From contig CM035359.1 in NCBI GenBank assembly GCA_020137815.1, positions 7,998,001 to 8,062,000 on the forward strand: DNA of 64,000 nucleotides, in the 5' to 3' direction. The position numbers and the translations under genes were made by a program. This document shows, piece by piece, positions 48,372-61,083 of the stretch. How positions within the stretch are numbered: position 1 is the first letter of the stretch; each line of letters starts with the position of its first letter. The DNA comes from Hormiphora californensis. Its lineage: Eukaryota; Animalia; Ctenophora. Under the pieces are notes generated by a model, which had not been told where the DNA came from, ran no database searches, and saw only the letters and a program-made list of their open reading frames with translations.

Positions 48372-48948
48372 GGGGGGAGACACACTGAAGTTGAGCGCGC
48401 TCGTTCAAATCTCAACCTCGCGACACGCACTGAAGTTCGAAGTTCGAAGTTTCGCGAAAACCAATTTTCGGCTGAGAAATCATTTGTAAGATGCTAACTT
48501 ACTTACTGTTACCGGTACATTTCTAAAAGTGTCCATATCCATACCGAGTCAATTTCACCGTTTTTTAAATGTTTGGCTAATCCGGTCACAGTTGTCCCAA
48601 TTCACCAAAAATTTTAAAAACGGTTAAATTGACTCGGTATGGACAAAGGACACCTCGAGAGATGTACCAGTAAATAAGTTAGCACAATTAAGAAATGATT
48701 TCTCAGCCGAAAATGGGGTTTCGCGAAACTTCGACATTTTCCGCGAAACTTCAAAGGGGGGGGGGGTGACACGTAACACTTTGTAACACTTTGTAACATG
48801 TGCAGAAAACTTTTTGTGCACGTTACATGTTACAAAGTGTTACAAAGTGTTACGTGTCACCCCCCCCCCCTTCAAACCGCGAAACTTCAGTGTGTTTCAC
48901 GCGGTTGAGAGTTGAACGCGCGCGACCAACCTCAGTGTGTCTCCCCCC
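48372..48948. mobile_element. Harbinger-like MITE containing a smaller palindrome (about 48754-48871)
   Basis: GGGGGGAGACACACTGA / TCAGTGTGTCTCCCCCC; 3-bp TSD TAT. Confidence 0.7.
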
Positions 48949-49045
48949 TATCTCGTATCAACTCATTGCAATTCGATGTTAGACATAGATCAGGTCACTG
49001 AACTACGTCCCGTATCTCGTATCAACTCATTGCAATTCGAGGTAT

Positions 49046-49870
49046 TAGTCAGGACCACTATTGGTGCGCGGTCGTGCCCACGGAAGGAGTGCTTGGATCA
49101 TCTTGAAACCGGTTTTAAGCTCACTAATGCATACCCAAAAGTGTCTATAGCCATTTGGGTGATGTTCTGACAATCCAATCACGAGTTATGACCGAAAAAC
49201 AGTCAAAAAAGACGTTTTAAAGTGACAAAAAGGAGGATCTGAACACAGCCCTTATATGAAGGGCTGGGGCTTTGAAACTTCTTGTGTGGACAGAGAATCG
49301 TCCAAATTTGCAGTGTCAACTTTCAGATAGTTTCTATCTTTTGTAGTTATCTAATTAGAGCCATTCAAACATGTGAGACGATCTTTATGACCCTGCAAAA
49401 CAGGGTCATTAGGTACTACTTCCATCTCATATTGCTTGCTCTCACCGCTTGTATGCTTTAATCCGCTCTCTAATTGGGCAAATCTCGTCAAGTGATCACT
49501 TCACAAGCAGTATTATAGGCCCCTTTAGCAACTTCTCACATGTTTAAACGACTCTAATTAGATAACTACAAAAGATAGAAACTATCTGAAAGTTGACACT
49601 GCAAATTTGGACGATTCTCTGTCCACACAAGAAGTTTCAAAGCCCCAGCCCTTTCATATAAGGGCTGTGTTCAGATCCCTCCTTTTTTGTCACTTTTAAA
49701 CGTCTTTTTTTGACTGTTTTTCGGTCATAACTCGTGATTGGATTGTCAGAACATCACCCAAATGGCTACAGACACTTTTGGATATGCATTAGTTAACTTA
49801 AAACCGGTTTCAAGATGATCCAAGCACTCCTTCCGTGGGCACGACCGCGCACCAATAGTGGTCCTGACTA
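49046..49870. mobile_element. Academ-like non-autonomous element with about 330-bp TIRs
   Basis: TAGTCAGGACCACTATTGG...CCAATAGTGGTCCTGACTA; 3-bp TSD TAT; TAG terminus. Confidence 0.75.
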
Positions 49871-50101
49871 TATACACAAATTAGGTCGCTGAATCACGTC
49901 CCGTATCTCGTATCAACTCATTGAAATTCCATCTTAATCACCGATTAGGTCGGTAAACGGTGAACTGTGTTCCTTATCACATAAAGTGAAATTAGAACTG
50001 TTTCGCTGATTAGTTTATGAACGTAGATGTAGATTTTCACCCTGAGTTGAAATCTGTTTAAGAAGACCAATTTATTTGCCAATATACAATATACATCCTT
50101 A

Positions 50102-50240
50102 TTTCAAAGTTTTCAACACTACTTTAAACAAATTAATTGAGGTTCCGTTCAACTTCTACTCGTTAATCTTATGAGAGCTCTGCTCAATTCATCTCTTTTC
50201 TAAAGACAAGACAAGTCTGGTGTTCCTGTCTCCCTCTACA
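50102..50240 (+). other. Spliced-leader copy (50102-50141) followed by a homologue of the L2 5' UTR
   Basis: TTTCAAAGTTTTCAACACTACTTTAAACAAATTAATTGAG|GTTCCGTTCAAC...AAAGACAAGACAAG aligns with the minus strand of 23995-24128. Confidence 0.8.
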
Positions 50241-50378
50241 TTGCACCCGGAGCTCATCTACGGACAAGCAGGGAGAAGGGAATACGATGCCTTCTTCAAT
50301 ATTTTCAATTTTGATATTATATAATAAATAAGGGAAGAGACCCCATAGACGCCTATCTCGGGGAGAGCCGTGCCATTA

Positions 50379-50669
50379 GGGGAAACTCTAACTGATTGGC
50401 ATCCCATTAATGGGATCCCATCAACAGTAAAACTCTAACTGATAATGGACCACAGTGATGGTTCTTTCTCTGTATTCTCTCTGTGTGCGCGCCCGTACCC
50501 GGGCATGCCCTATAGTTCTTTCTCTGTATTCTCTCTGTAGGCAGTACATAGATGTACTGCCTACAGAGAGAATACAGAGAAAGAACCATCACTGTGGTCC
50601 ATTATCAGTTAGAGTTTTACCTGTTGATGGGATCCCATTAATGGGCTTCCATTCAGTTAGAGTTTCCCC
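50379..50669. mobile_element. Palindromic Harbinger-like MITE, copy 3
   Basis: Near-identical to 25581-25870. Confidence 0.85.
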
Positions 50670-51479
50670 TAACAACCCAGGTGACCTTTTAAAAAAACTT
50701 TTACTTTTATCTTGCCCCCTTGAGTGGAACTTATTCCCTAAAAACTGGAAATACAGCTGACCCCATTTTTTTTTCCCTCAGACGAAAGACCATCTTGGGA
50801 AAAGGGCCTTACACGACAAATTTAATTTCGCTGTTTTGGGGTGTGGCCCCTTTCCTTCCTTTTTTTACAAAACTGCCTTCTTCCACACATAGCGTTCATT
50901 TTACATTGTACTCAAATTGAGGTTGGAGTGGTGGTGTTGAGCAGTGAAACAAGATGGTGGACCTGCACCACCGAATGAATTACAATGATCTTAAACTTAC
51001 CCACAGTCGGCAGACGTTAAATAGGGGTAGGTTCATGAGGGAGGGGGGGGGGAACGGGACTCAAGGGAAGTATTAAATCTAATTGTGTTATTAATGAGTA
51101 AAATAACTGCTAGATGACAAACAGTATAAGAGTGCCTTTAAGCGTACTTTTTTTAAATAATTTAAATGAGTTTTTTAAGGACGGAAGAACTCGCGCCAGA
51201 GGCTGTAAACTATTAGTAAGAGTAGTGGGTTATTCATTTTGTAGTTCCATGCGCAGATTCTGCAAATGCCTTGCAAGCCAAGTATTTGAGTGAATATTAG
51301 ACCCAGCTCGCGTTCCATGGCAATAAGGGAAAAAAGTGCACACAAACGCAACACACATCTGCAAAAATTCTGTCCAACTCCATTTCCCACAATTGCTAGG
51401 CAAATAAGTTGAGAGACCTGGCCTTCGCACAAGCAAAAAGAGCCTCACCTCGGTTCTCTCCCGCCATATGAAGAGCGAT

Positions 51480-52360
51480 AGACTCTTCTATTCGCTCTCT
51501 CTCTCGCGTAGCTCGATGGCTCTCGCGATGCGCGCGCGCGCGAGAGAGGAGCGATCGCGCGAGAGAGCGAGAGAGCGACGCCGCTAGCGAGAGGCCGCGA
51601 GAGAAGACGGCCTCGACGAGCGAGAGAGAGCAGCCGAGCAGAGAGAGAGAGTGACGAGAGGAGAGATGAGACGCAGAGATTCGAGAGATGCGAGAGAGAG
51701 AGGCGAGAGAGCGCCGCGCGAGGAGAGAGATGCGAGCAGAGCGAGGAGAGAGAGAGCGAGAGAGAGAGAAGATACGAGCGCGAGAGAGCGAGAGAGAAGA
51801 GGAGAGAGAAGAGAGAGAGCCGCGGCGAGATAGAGCGCTAGAGATGAGAGAGAGTATGAGCGAGTCTAGCGTATCTAGAGAGACGAGTAGATCAGCGAGA
51901 GCGAGGCGGAGCCGAGGCGCGAGCGCCGAGCGAGAGAGCGTAGGAAGAGAGAGACGCGTAGCAGCTAGAGGAGATCGTGAGCGAAGAGAGTGCGAGCGCT
52001 CTGCGCAGCGAGAGAGAGAGAGAGAGAGGATCGCGGAGCGAAGAGAGTAATAGAGAGAGAGAGAGCGCGCATAGAGAGATCGAGAGATTCCGAGAGAGAT
52101 CGAGGGAGAGAAGAGCGAGCAGATACGAGAGAGAGCGATCTCGCGCTCGCGATCGAGAGATGAGAGATAGAGAGAAGGAACGTACTAGACGTATATAGAG
52201 AGAGCGAGATACTATAGACAGAGAGAGAGATAGTAGAGTAGATAGTGACGAGACGAGGAGAGATATCTGAGATCGGCTCTCTCGTATATCTAGCTAGAGC
52301 TAGAGTAGATAGCGATCGATATCTCTGCTCTATTATCTCTCTGCTACGTAGGATATCTAT
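51480..52360. repeat. Degenerate GA/CT low-complexity tract, possibly poor consensus
   Basis: Irregular (GA)n with frequent single-base disruptions. Confidence 0.7.
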
Positions 52361-52736
52361 ATGATAGGGGACGGGGAACATATAAATGGTAGCGGTTCTT
52401 CATGTCCGCATTCATTTTCAAATTTAAGTTCCATCCCAGTTTTGATCCCAATCCGTCCCAATTTGGCTTTAACTTTTTTTCTGTTTTCTTCAAATCTGGG
52501 GCAATATTATTTTTACGCTGTTCAATGGCTCAATGCCCGTATGAAACTGATGACCCTTCAGTGTGTAACCCCATATAAGTGTGGTTGCACCCCCTTTCGC
52601 CTGCAACTGACAGACTGGGCGACGTCTATTTTGCAGATATCTGCAAAACTGCAGATATTCGGCTAATTCAGGAGCTTGGTTTTTCTGCGAATACTTCGCA
52701 AAAAAATCCAAAAGATTTTGCGAAGTATCTGCAGAA

Positions 52737-53368
52737 TCTCTATTATAATTTGGAGATGAACGTCGAAGTCGTTCGTTAGGCGGTATCTAAGCGACAGACT
52801 GCTCCTTCATAAAACACTCTACATGTGCCCACTTTTGGAACTTCCGGTGGAAGTTTGTTGATATTTTCGAATGACTTTTAACATGCCAGTCCCCATAGTT
52901 ACCAATTCAGTTGCCATGGCAACCGTGTTATTGACGTTGAAAGGGCAGAAAAGAACCACCCGGCGAAGCTGGGTTGGTTATCAAAAAGCCCTTACTTGAG
53001 GCGCACCCAATGGGTGCGCTAGTATCTGAAATTTTGCAGAATATCGGTGCATGGAACTAGGGGGTTATAATTTGGAGATGAACGTCGAAGTGGTCGTTCG
53101 TTAGGCGGTATCTAAGCGACAGACTGCTCCTTCATAAAACACTTCATATGACGAAAGCTGTAAAGCTGTTGCTCACACTTTTGGAACTTCCAGTGAAAGT
53201 TTGTTGATATTTTCGAATGACTTTTAACATACCAGTCTTCATGGTTACCGATATAGTTGCCATGGCAACCGTGTTATTGATGTTGAAAGGGGCGAAAAGA
53301 TCCACCCGGCGAAGCCGGGTGGGTTATCAAAAAGCCCTTACTTGAGGCGCACCCAATGGGTGCGCTAG
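52737..53368 (+). mobile_element. Two non-autonomous Helitron copies (52737-53022 and about 53065-53368)
   Basis: A|TCTCTATTATAATTTGG ... hairpin-CTAG|T. Confidence 0.85.
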
Positions 53369-53534
53369 TTTATTTAATGTGCAATTTGTACGTTTATATA
53401 ATATCTTTTCAAATCAAATCAAATCAAATCAAACTCTTATTTACATTAATTTACACATGAAATTATTACAACAAAATATTAAAAAATGAACCCGTTGTTG
53501 CACATTTTGTTCAGTGGTGGCCTTAGTCGTGTAA

Positions 53535-53844
53535 GGGGAAACTCTAACTGAATGGCATCCCATTAATGGGATCCCATCAACAGTAAAACTCTAACTGATA
53601 ATGGACCACAGTGATGGTTCTTTCTCTGTATTCTCTCTGTATGCACGCCCGTGCCCGGGCAATGCCCGGGCACGGCGGGCATGCCCTATAGTTCTTTCTC
53701 TGTATTCTCTCTGTAGGCAGTACATAGATGTACTGCCTACAGAGAGAATACAGAGAAAGAACCATCACTGTGGTCCATTATCCGTTAGAGTTTTACTGTT
53801 GATGGGATCCCATTAATGGGATGCCATTCAGTTAGAGTTTCCCC
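53535..53844. mobile_element. Palindromic Harbinger-like MITE, copy 4
   Basis: TAA TSD with GGGG/CCCC termini. Confidence 0.88.
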
Positions 53845-54149
53845 TAAATGAGCGTCTTCGATGTCATGTCACACCCGCCAACACCATTGGTGTGAACATA
53901 GAAACCAAGAAATTAATTGAAAAAGTTTGAAATAATTTCGCAACTTGCTGATTCGACAAAACCATTATAAACCCAACTTCGGGTTTACCCGTCTTCGTGT
54001 TATTAGCCGTAATGCGCCACCCTGCATCCCCACCCAGTTTTTTCCAGTGTGGCTGGTTTTCTTGACATTATATGATTTATTGCGGCTAGCAGTGTTTGAT
54101 TGATTGATTGATTGATTGATTGACGAGGGGAAGCTTGCCTTTTGCAATC

Positions 54150-54356
54150 ATAATAATAATTCTTGTTATTTCAGCATGGATGTAGTGGGAGTGGATACGA
54201 TCATAACAACGGTGAATCATCAAGTAACCTAAATATTATATCAATGAATGAGATCTGTTCAGGATTAAATAGGGAGGAAAATTAGAAAAATATCTGGCGA
54301 GGGCCGGGCTCGAACCGACAACCTCTGGGTTTCGCGTCCATTGCTCTACCTATTGA
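54150..54356 (-). mobile_element. tRNA-derived SINE
   Basis: tRNA-like head at 54295-54356, about 140-bp body, short (TTA)n tail. Confidence 0.6.
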
Positions 54357-54423
54357 GGTAGGTAGAGCAATGGACGCGAAACCCAGAGGTTGTCGGTTCG
54401 AGCCCGGCCCTCGCCACCAAAGA

Positions 54424-54496
54424 GGCGGGGTAGCTCAATAGGTAGAGCAATGGACGCGAAACCCAGAGGTTGTCGGTTCGAGCCCGGCCCTCGCCA
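54424..54496 (+). pseudogene. tRNA-like SINE head or pseudo-tRNA (nominal anticodon CGA)
   Basis: Acceptor, D and T stems pair; A and B boxes intact; anticodon stem mismatched, no U33, no long variable arm expected of tRNA-Ser. Confidence 0.7.
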
Positions 54497-54998
54497 GATT
54501 AGTTTTCATGTTCTAGGTCCAATCAGAACGTCGTGACAAACTGTCATAAAGATATAATCTCTATTATAATTTGGAGATGTCGCGTGATGGTCGTTCGTTC
54601 AGCGGTATCTAAGCGACAGTCTGCTCCTTCATAAAACACTTCAATGTGCCCAAAGCTGTAAAGCTGTTATTCACACTTTCTGAAGTTCCAGTGGAGGTTT
54701 ATTAATATTTCGAATGACTTTCAACAAGCCAGTCCCCATAGTTACCAATTCAGTTGCCATGGCAAGGGGCGAAATGAACCACCCGGCGAAGCCGGGTGGG
54801 TTATCAAAAAGCCCTTACTTGAGGCGCACCCAATGGGTGCGCTAGTCTATATTATAATTTGGAGATGAACGTCGAAGTGATTGCCGTTCGTTCAGCGGTA
54901 TCTAAGCGACAGTGCTCCTTCATCAAAACACTTTATGTGCCCAAAGCTGTAAAGCTGTTGCTCAAACTTTTTGAACTTCCAGTGGAAGTTTGTTAATA

Positions 54999-56534
54999 CA
55001 GTCGGACCCCGATTTAGTGGCATCCTCGGGGGAAAAAAATCCTGCCACTAAATCGGGGTGCCACTAAATCGGGGAGGTCCATATTTGGCCCATAAAAACC
55101 TATTTTATGCCCAAAATGCTATACTAAGACTAAAAACACCTCTAACTGTTATATATGCAATATTCATGTATTGATGACATGATAATTTCTAAATAGAAAA
55201 CTTTAAAATAATTTTTTCAAAAAAAATGTGAAAAATTTTCTAAGTTATATACCCTGCTAACTTAAATAATGCGCCAGTGGCGAGAAGTCCCACTAGCGCG
55301 CTCTCAGTAAACAGCCAGTCCAGCGGCAGATTATTTCCCACTGGCAGGTTATTTATTCTTAACTTCTAAGTAACATTCAAAGTGTGTGTAAATGATCAGT
55401 TCTTACTAAAATACAGAGGGAACACTATGTGCAACACTTACACACTACATTGGAGAGAAAGAAAGGACACATTCCGTCAATTACTCTCTCTTTATCTCCC
55501 CTTTTGTCTCACTATCTCTTTCTCTGTGTTATTTGTGACATGCCCCTTATCAGGCTATTTCTTTCACTCTCTTTCCTTAGCAACTGTTTAGTAACTGTTA
55601 CCAAACAGTGTACACTCAATTGTGACGTGTTTTTAACTATTTCTCAGTTCTCTTTGTGTGTTTTGATTAGTGTTCTCTCTCTTGTTGGTGTGTAATACTT
55701 GAAATAAACAACTAAAGCAGGGTATATAACCCATAAACTCTGACCACTGGCACGTTATAGGTTTAAACCCCTCCGCCTCTCCCTCGGCTCCGCCTCGGGA
55801 TCGTCGTCGTGATTTAAACCAGTTTATCCGCCAGCGGCGGATAAACTCCAGCTAACTTCTCCCAGCGGCGCGCTGGGAGAAAGTTATCTGAAATAACGCG
55901 CCAGTGGCCAGAGTTTATGCCTCATATACCAGCCCGTCCGATTTGTGTTTCGAATCAGTGCAGCTTACTGGATGTCCTGTCTAATTAGCAGGTTCGAAAC
56001 GGACCGATACGTGATACCATGCCGAATCGGGGCACCCTAAGCGGGTGAGGAAGTATCAAAATTTCAAAATAACTTTTTCTCTCAAAATTTATGGGGAGCA
56101 CCGATCAAAGCATTGACAATCGTACTGTAAAATTTTGCAAAAAAAGTTTTAAAATTTTTTTAAAAGTATACCAGCCACGTCCGAATCGTGTTTCGAATCG
56201 GTGCATCTTATCGCATGTCCTGCTGCTAATTAGACGGTTCGGAACGTGATCCCCATCGAATCGAAATCTTGACTCTTGGTGACCTTGTGATTCAATGGCC
56301 CCATGGGGATCACGTATCGGTTCGTTCCAAACCGTCTAATTAGCAGCAGGATATGCGATAAGATTCACTGATTCGAAACACGATTTGGACGTGGCTGGTA
56401 TTCCTTTGAAAAATTTTCAAAAACTTTCAAAAAAATTTCACAAATTAAAATTCAAAAAATTTTTGGGGGAAAAAAATCGTGCCACTAAATCGGGGTGCCA
56501 CTAAATCGGGGGCCACTAAATCGGGGTCCGACTG
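54999..56534. mobile_element. pogo/Tigger-like non-autonomous element inside the middle Helitron
   Basis: TA|CAGTCGGACCCCGATTTAGTGG...CCACTAAATCGGGGTCCGACTG|TA. Confidence 0.88.
55245..55930. repeat. Hairpin-rich unclassified element (rearranged inverted copy at about 17048-17330)
   Basis: Shared AGTTTATCCGCCAGCGGCGGATAAACT and TTCTCCCAGCG..CGCTGGGAGAA hairpins. Confidence 0.6.
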
Positions 56535-57256
56535 TACTTTCGAATGACCTTTAACATGCCAGTCCCCATAGTTACCAATTCAGTTGCCATGGCAACCGTG
56601 TTTTTGACGTTGAAAGAGGCGAAAAGAACCACCCGGCGAAGCCGGTTGGGTTATCAAAATGCCCTTACTTGAGGCGCACCCAATGGGTGCGCTAGTCTCT
56701 ATTATAATTTGGAAATGTCGCGTCGAAGTTTTTTCATCCGATCGATATCAATAGGGTGTGTTTTCGAAAGCTCAGGATTAGCTTAGTCGATTAGAAAAAG
56801 AATTAATCTAATCCCATGTAGGATTTTTGAAAAAAATCGACATCAAAGATCAAAAAAACCACAAATAAAAGACCGAGTACGAATGGGTGCTCCTTCATAA
56901 AAAAATTATGCGACCAAAGCTGTAAAGCTGTTGCTCACACTTTTGGAACAATTCAGTCCCCATAGTTACCACTTCAGTTGCCATGGCAACCGTGTTATTT
57001 CCGTTAAAAGTGGCAAAAACAACCACACGGCGAAGCCGTGTGGGTTATCAAAAAGCCTTTACTTGGGGCGCACCCAATGGGTGCGCTAGTAATAAGACAT
57101 TTTTAAAACCAACCAAATTTCTTTGAGCTCAGTTTACACCCTTAAGACGGTTTCTGATTGAAAAACGGAGACCACACTTATGAAAGATAATCGTCTAAAC
57201 TTTCAGAAAATTATTGACAAAATTGAGAAAACGGAAACTCGAATTTCTTTGGTTAA

Positions 57257-57356
57257 NNNNNNNNNNNNNNNNNNNNNNNNNNNNNNNNNNNNNNNNNNNN
57301 NNNNNNNNNNNNNNNNNNNNNNNNNNNNNNNNNNNNNNNNNNNNNNNNNNNNNNNN
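57257..57356. other. Assembly gap (100 N)
   Basis: Run of N. Confidence 1.
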
Positions 57357-60300
57357 CACCGCGTTAGAAATCTCCTCGAACCTTAGAAATCCTGAGTACA
57401 TTGGCGACCTTCCAGTCTCTCTCCGTTTCCTGTAGGGGAGCTGGAGTAGTGTGCTGGGAAGGGTTTGGTTTTTTTGCTGAGGTCTTTTCCTTCAAGTTCG
57501 CCACTTGTTGGTTTCGAGCTCGTTTCCCTTTGCCTGCGTCTTCATCATTGTTGTACACCAAAATGATGTACGCTTGCTTTAGAATTCAGAGAGTAGCAGA
57601 TAGAGAGAGCGAGCACGAAAGAGAGAGAGAGAGAGACGAACGAGAATGAGACCAGAGCTAAGAGAGAGAGAGACATGAGAGAGAGAGAGAGATAAGAGAG
57701 AAGAATAGGAGAGAGAGAGAGAGACAGAGAGATAGACCGGGAGATGGAGAAGGATAGCAACCTGAATAAGTACCTCGAATAAGAGATTGAGAACGAGGAT
57801 AAAGTAGAGCCTTCTGTATCTCCTGCTCAGTAAGTTGTCTTTGCTACAGCGCCACGTGTAACCCTCTACCCCATCTATGATAACGGCTATTAGTTTGTTG
57901 TGAACAGTGAAATGTAAGTTGATCCCTTCGCCAACTCCTTCATATTTCTTAATATGTATCTAATCTTACTATATATATTATGCTATATCTATATGAATAT
58001 TTAGATATATTAACGCGGTGGGCGGAACTCTAGTTCTACGGACTCTTTATTCGAATCCAAGGCGGACTCTATATCTCAAAAAAAACGGGACTCTTTAATC
58101 TCACAGTTTAGCTTTGACAAAAAGTTTACGCAGATCCTCACCTGGTGTATCTTTACGGCATCCAGCAGTCCGCCCTGTTCAGACTTCTTTATTCCCGTGC
58201 CCGGGGAGTCTCTCTTAGACACGCACGTGCTAACAAGATCATTCAGGTTTAGGAAATCACAGATTGTGTATGATTGACTAAAAGTGGTCCGTTCCGTCGC
58301 GTCGGACAACTCCTAACGGAGAAAAAGATAGAACAAATTTTAATTGTCCATGTGTATACAAACCTCTGCGCAAAATATTAGAATAGGTTATCTAAGTAAC
58401 GTGATTTATAAATTGGATACAAGGTTACTAAGATTCATATCTAATTAGATCAGGAAAATGAGATTGAGAGACCCTCGGTTAGCCTCGAATTTGACATGAG
58501 TCTGATTTGAGGATGAGCACAAATTAATCTGTAGAATGCTATGTTCTAATGGCGTCATTAATAGCCTTGTTTCGACTTAACCGAGTACAAGCCAGCCAGC
58601 GCTTGTGACCGTCTGCTTCTGGTCCGAATGTTCCAGTTGTTGGAAAATCAAGTGGGGTGGAAGGTAGACAAAAACGCCTTACAACAAGTCCTGTCCTTCA
58701 TGAAAAACTTTCATCTCACGCTTCGTTTGATTCCACAAAGGAAATGATATAACACACATTGTGGCGCGCAATTCGCGCTGATAAGCACTTTCCCCCATAT
58801 CCACCTCGAAATCACTTTGGTTGGGGGGGCCCTACAGCCATGCTATGAAGTGGTAGAACGTCTTTCAACGCATGAACTACTCTGTCACACTGAGTGACTG
58901 AGGTTGAGATGCGGTTAAGTTGAGAGCACTTGGTAACCAACTGTGTGGTCTCCTAACTAGAATTGTTGCCTAACAACTGTCTGGTTACCATAGGAACTCT
59001 GCTTTGGGTTCCAAGCACACTGCCTTTGGTCCCATAGGCCACAACTTACCTAGTTACCACCTTAAGTAACCCATCGCATCAGCCAAAACTGCTCTCTGCA
59101 GCACAAAATCATCAGGAAATCCAGTTTTGAAGCTTTTCATCCAGATTTTAAGTCTCATTTGCGAGTACCACGCATTTGAATCTAGATGGCCATAATTCCT
59201 TGTTAGACTATAGAGTCCTCTCAGACATTTTTGGCGCAAATCCTCCTCAACTCCGGACTCTAATGTACTCAAATTCCTAACCCAACCCCCAACCTAAACC
59301 CTACCTCGAAACCCCAAATAACGGCCTTAACACTTCCTACATATTCTAGGGGTAGAGTAACTCTCGTGTTCCCCGGCCTAACAGGCCGAAAATCTCGAGT
59401 TTTCGCGGCGAGCAGGCTGATCTCTAATCTAGTCTTTGTTTAGAATTTTTTAGAGAAAGAGTCCGCCCTGTGTAGACTTTTTAGATCACGAGTCCTCCTA
59501 GAGTTTAGACTTTATTTTTGGAGACTCTTTCTAGAATCTAAATTTCGTAGGCAAACTGACGAACCTTTGCCCTCTCCGTGGTTTCATCATCTTATCTTCC
59601 CTCTCTGATTTCTACTCTCTTCTTCTCTCTCTCTCTCTCTCTCTTCTCTTCTCTCTCGTCTTTCTCTTCTTCTTCTCTCTCTCTTTCTCTCTCTCTCTCT
59701 CCTCTCTCTCTTCTTCTCTCTCTCTCTCTCTCGCTCTCTGACAGTCCTCTCTCTCTCTCGCCACTCCGTTCTCTCGGTGACGTCCGTCTGCTCGGAACGG
59801 CTCCGGATGCTCCTGTTCCTCTCTCCCTCTCTCTACTCGTCCACCGCAGGCTGGACTCGGGTCGGGGGCTAGCATGTCCTATCTTCTTTGTCTCGATCAG
59901 TACTCCCACTACCCTCTCTTCGGACTTGATCCCGGTTCATCGCCCTCCCCTTCGTGTTTTTCTACTCTCCTTGTTCGTTTATCCCCATCGATTATCCGGA
60001 ACCCGGCCGGGCAAGGTGTCAGTTTTACAACAAAAGTATCACCTTTCCAGCCAACTATTTTTGTTAGTTTTTGGGCATAATTGGGGTATTTTTTGGTATT
60101 TTCTGATGTGAAATACAATGTAAGACATGTCTGGACGTAACAGCGTGTAAGGACCGTCAGGAATCGCTAAAATACGCGAAAATTTTCAATTTGACGTCAT
60201 TGTGACGTCATGACGTTATAATGTCATGATAGGGAAGTATTATTATCAGGCTCATCTAGATACAATGCTGACCAAGTTTGAGATCGATTGGACAAGATTT

Positions 60301-61083
60301 GAGGTCGCATAACGGCGAAAACGCACTATCGTCATATCTATTTTCATACAGTCTTAACACTTCAGACCGCGATTTGAGACCCTTAAAATAGAAAAAAAAA
60401 GGGGGGGGGCCCGGGCAACCGAGCAGAGAGAGAGGGGAGCCGAGAGACGAGAGAAGGAGGGAGAGGAGGGGGAAGAGAGGGAAAAGGAAGAGAAAGGAGG
60501 AGAGAGGAGAGAAAAGAGAAGGGGAGAGGGAGAGAAGAGAGAGGAGGAGAAGAGAGAGGGGAAGAGAAGGAGTAAAAAAACGAAACGAGAGAGAGAAGAG
60601 TTTTAGTTTTGAGAGAGATAGGAATGAGTCTAGTTTAATATATTTTCCTAAAGGGTCTCTTTTTTCCTTCTCTCTCTTTATCTTCTTCTCTTTCTCTTCT
60701 AGCCTTATTCTTTCTCTTCTCCCCTCTTTTCTTCTCCTCTTTCTCTCTATTTTCCTTTTTTTCTTGCCTATCTGTTTTGTGTGTGATCCCTAAACCCTGT
60801 CCCCTTTTTAAAACCGTGTAACAAAAAAAATGATCGACAAGAACCAAACGGCTATAAAAAGAAACTCAAGTATCCCCAGCAAAACCTGTTTTGATTTGAT
60901 AAAAAATAAAAAGTTTTTGCGAGCAAACAAGTAAACAAGGACTTTTTGCCCAAGGGTTTAAGTGAGATTAACAAAAAAATTCGCCAGTTACCGGCCGACA
61001 GAGTTTACACCATGAAAGACCACCCGTGTTTTTTTATTAATCTAACCGGTTTCCCTTAGCCCCAAATTTGATAAAAATGGCAA

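Larger units (their letters stand above)
48160..49930 (+). repeat. About 60-bp minisatellite carrying two TIR insertions
   Basis: CCCGTATCTCGTATCAACTCATTGCAATTCGA recurs about 6 times. Confidence 0.8.
54558..57089 (+). mobile_element. Head-to-tail trimer of non-autonomous Helitrons
   Basis: CTAG|TC junctions at 54845/54846 and 56695/56696. Confidence 0.85.

Noticed and set aside
51245-51400. Possible ShK-like exon after TTTTGTAG
   Set aside because: The Cys pattern needs several frameshifts and stop read-throughs in a noisy region.
54424-54496. Functional tRNA-Ser(CGA)
   Set aside because: Broken anticodon stem, no U33, short variable loop, and a copy attached to a SINE-like body.
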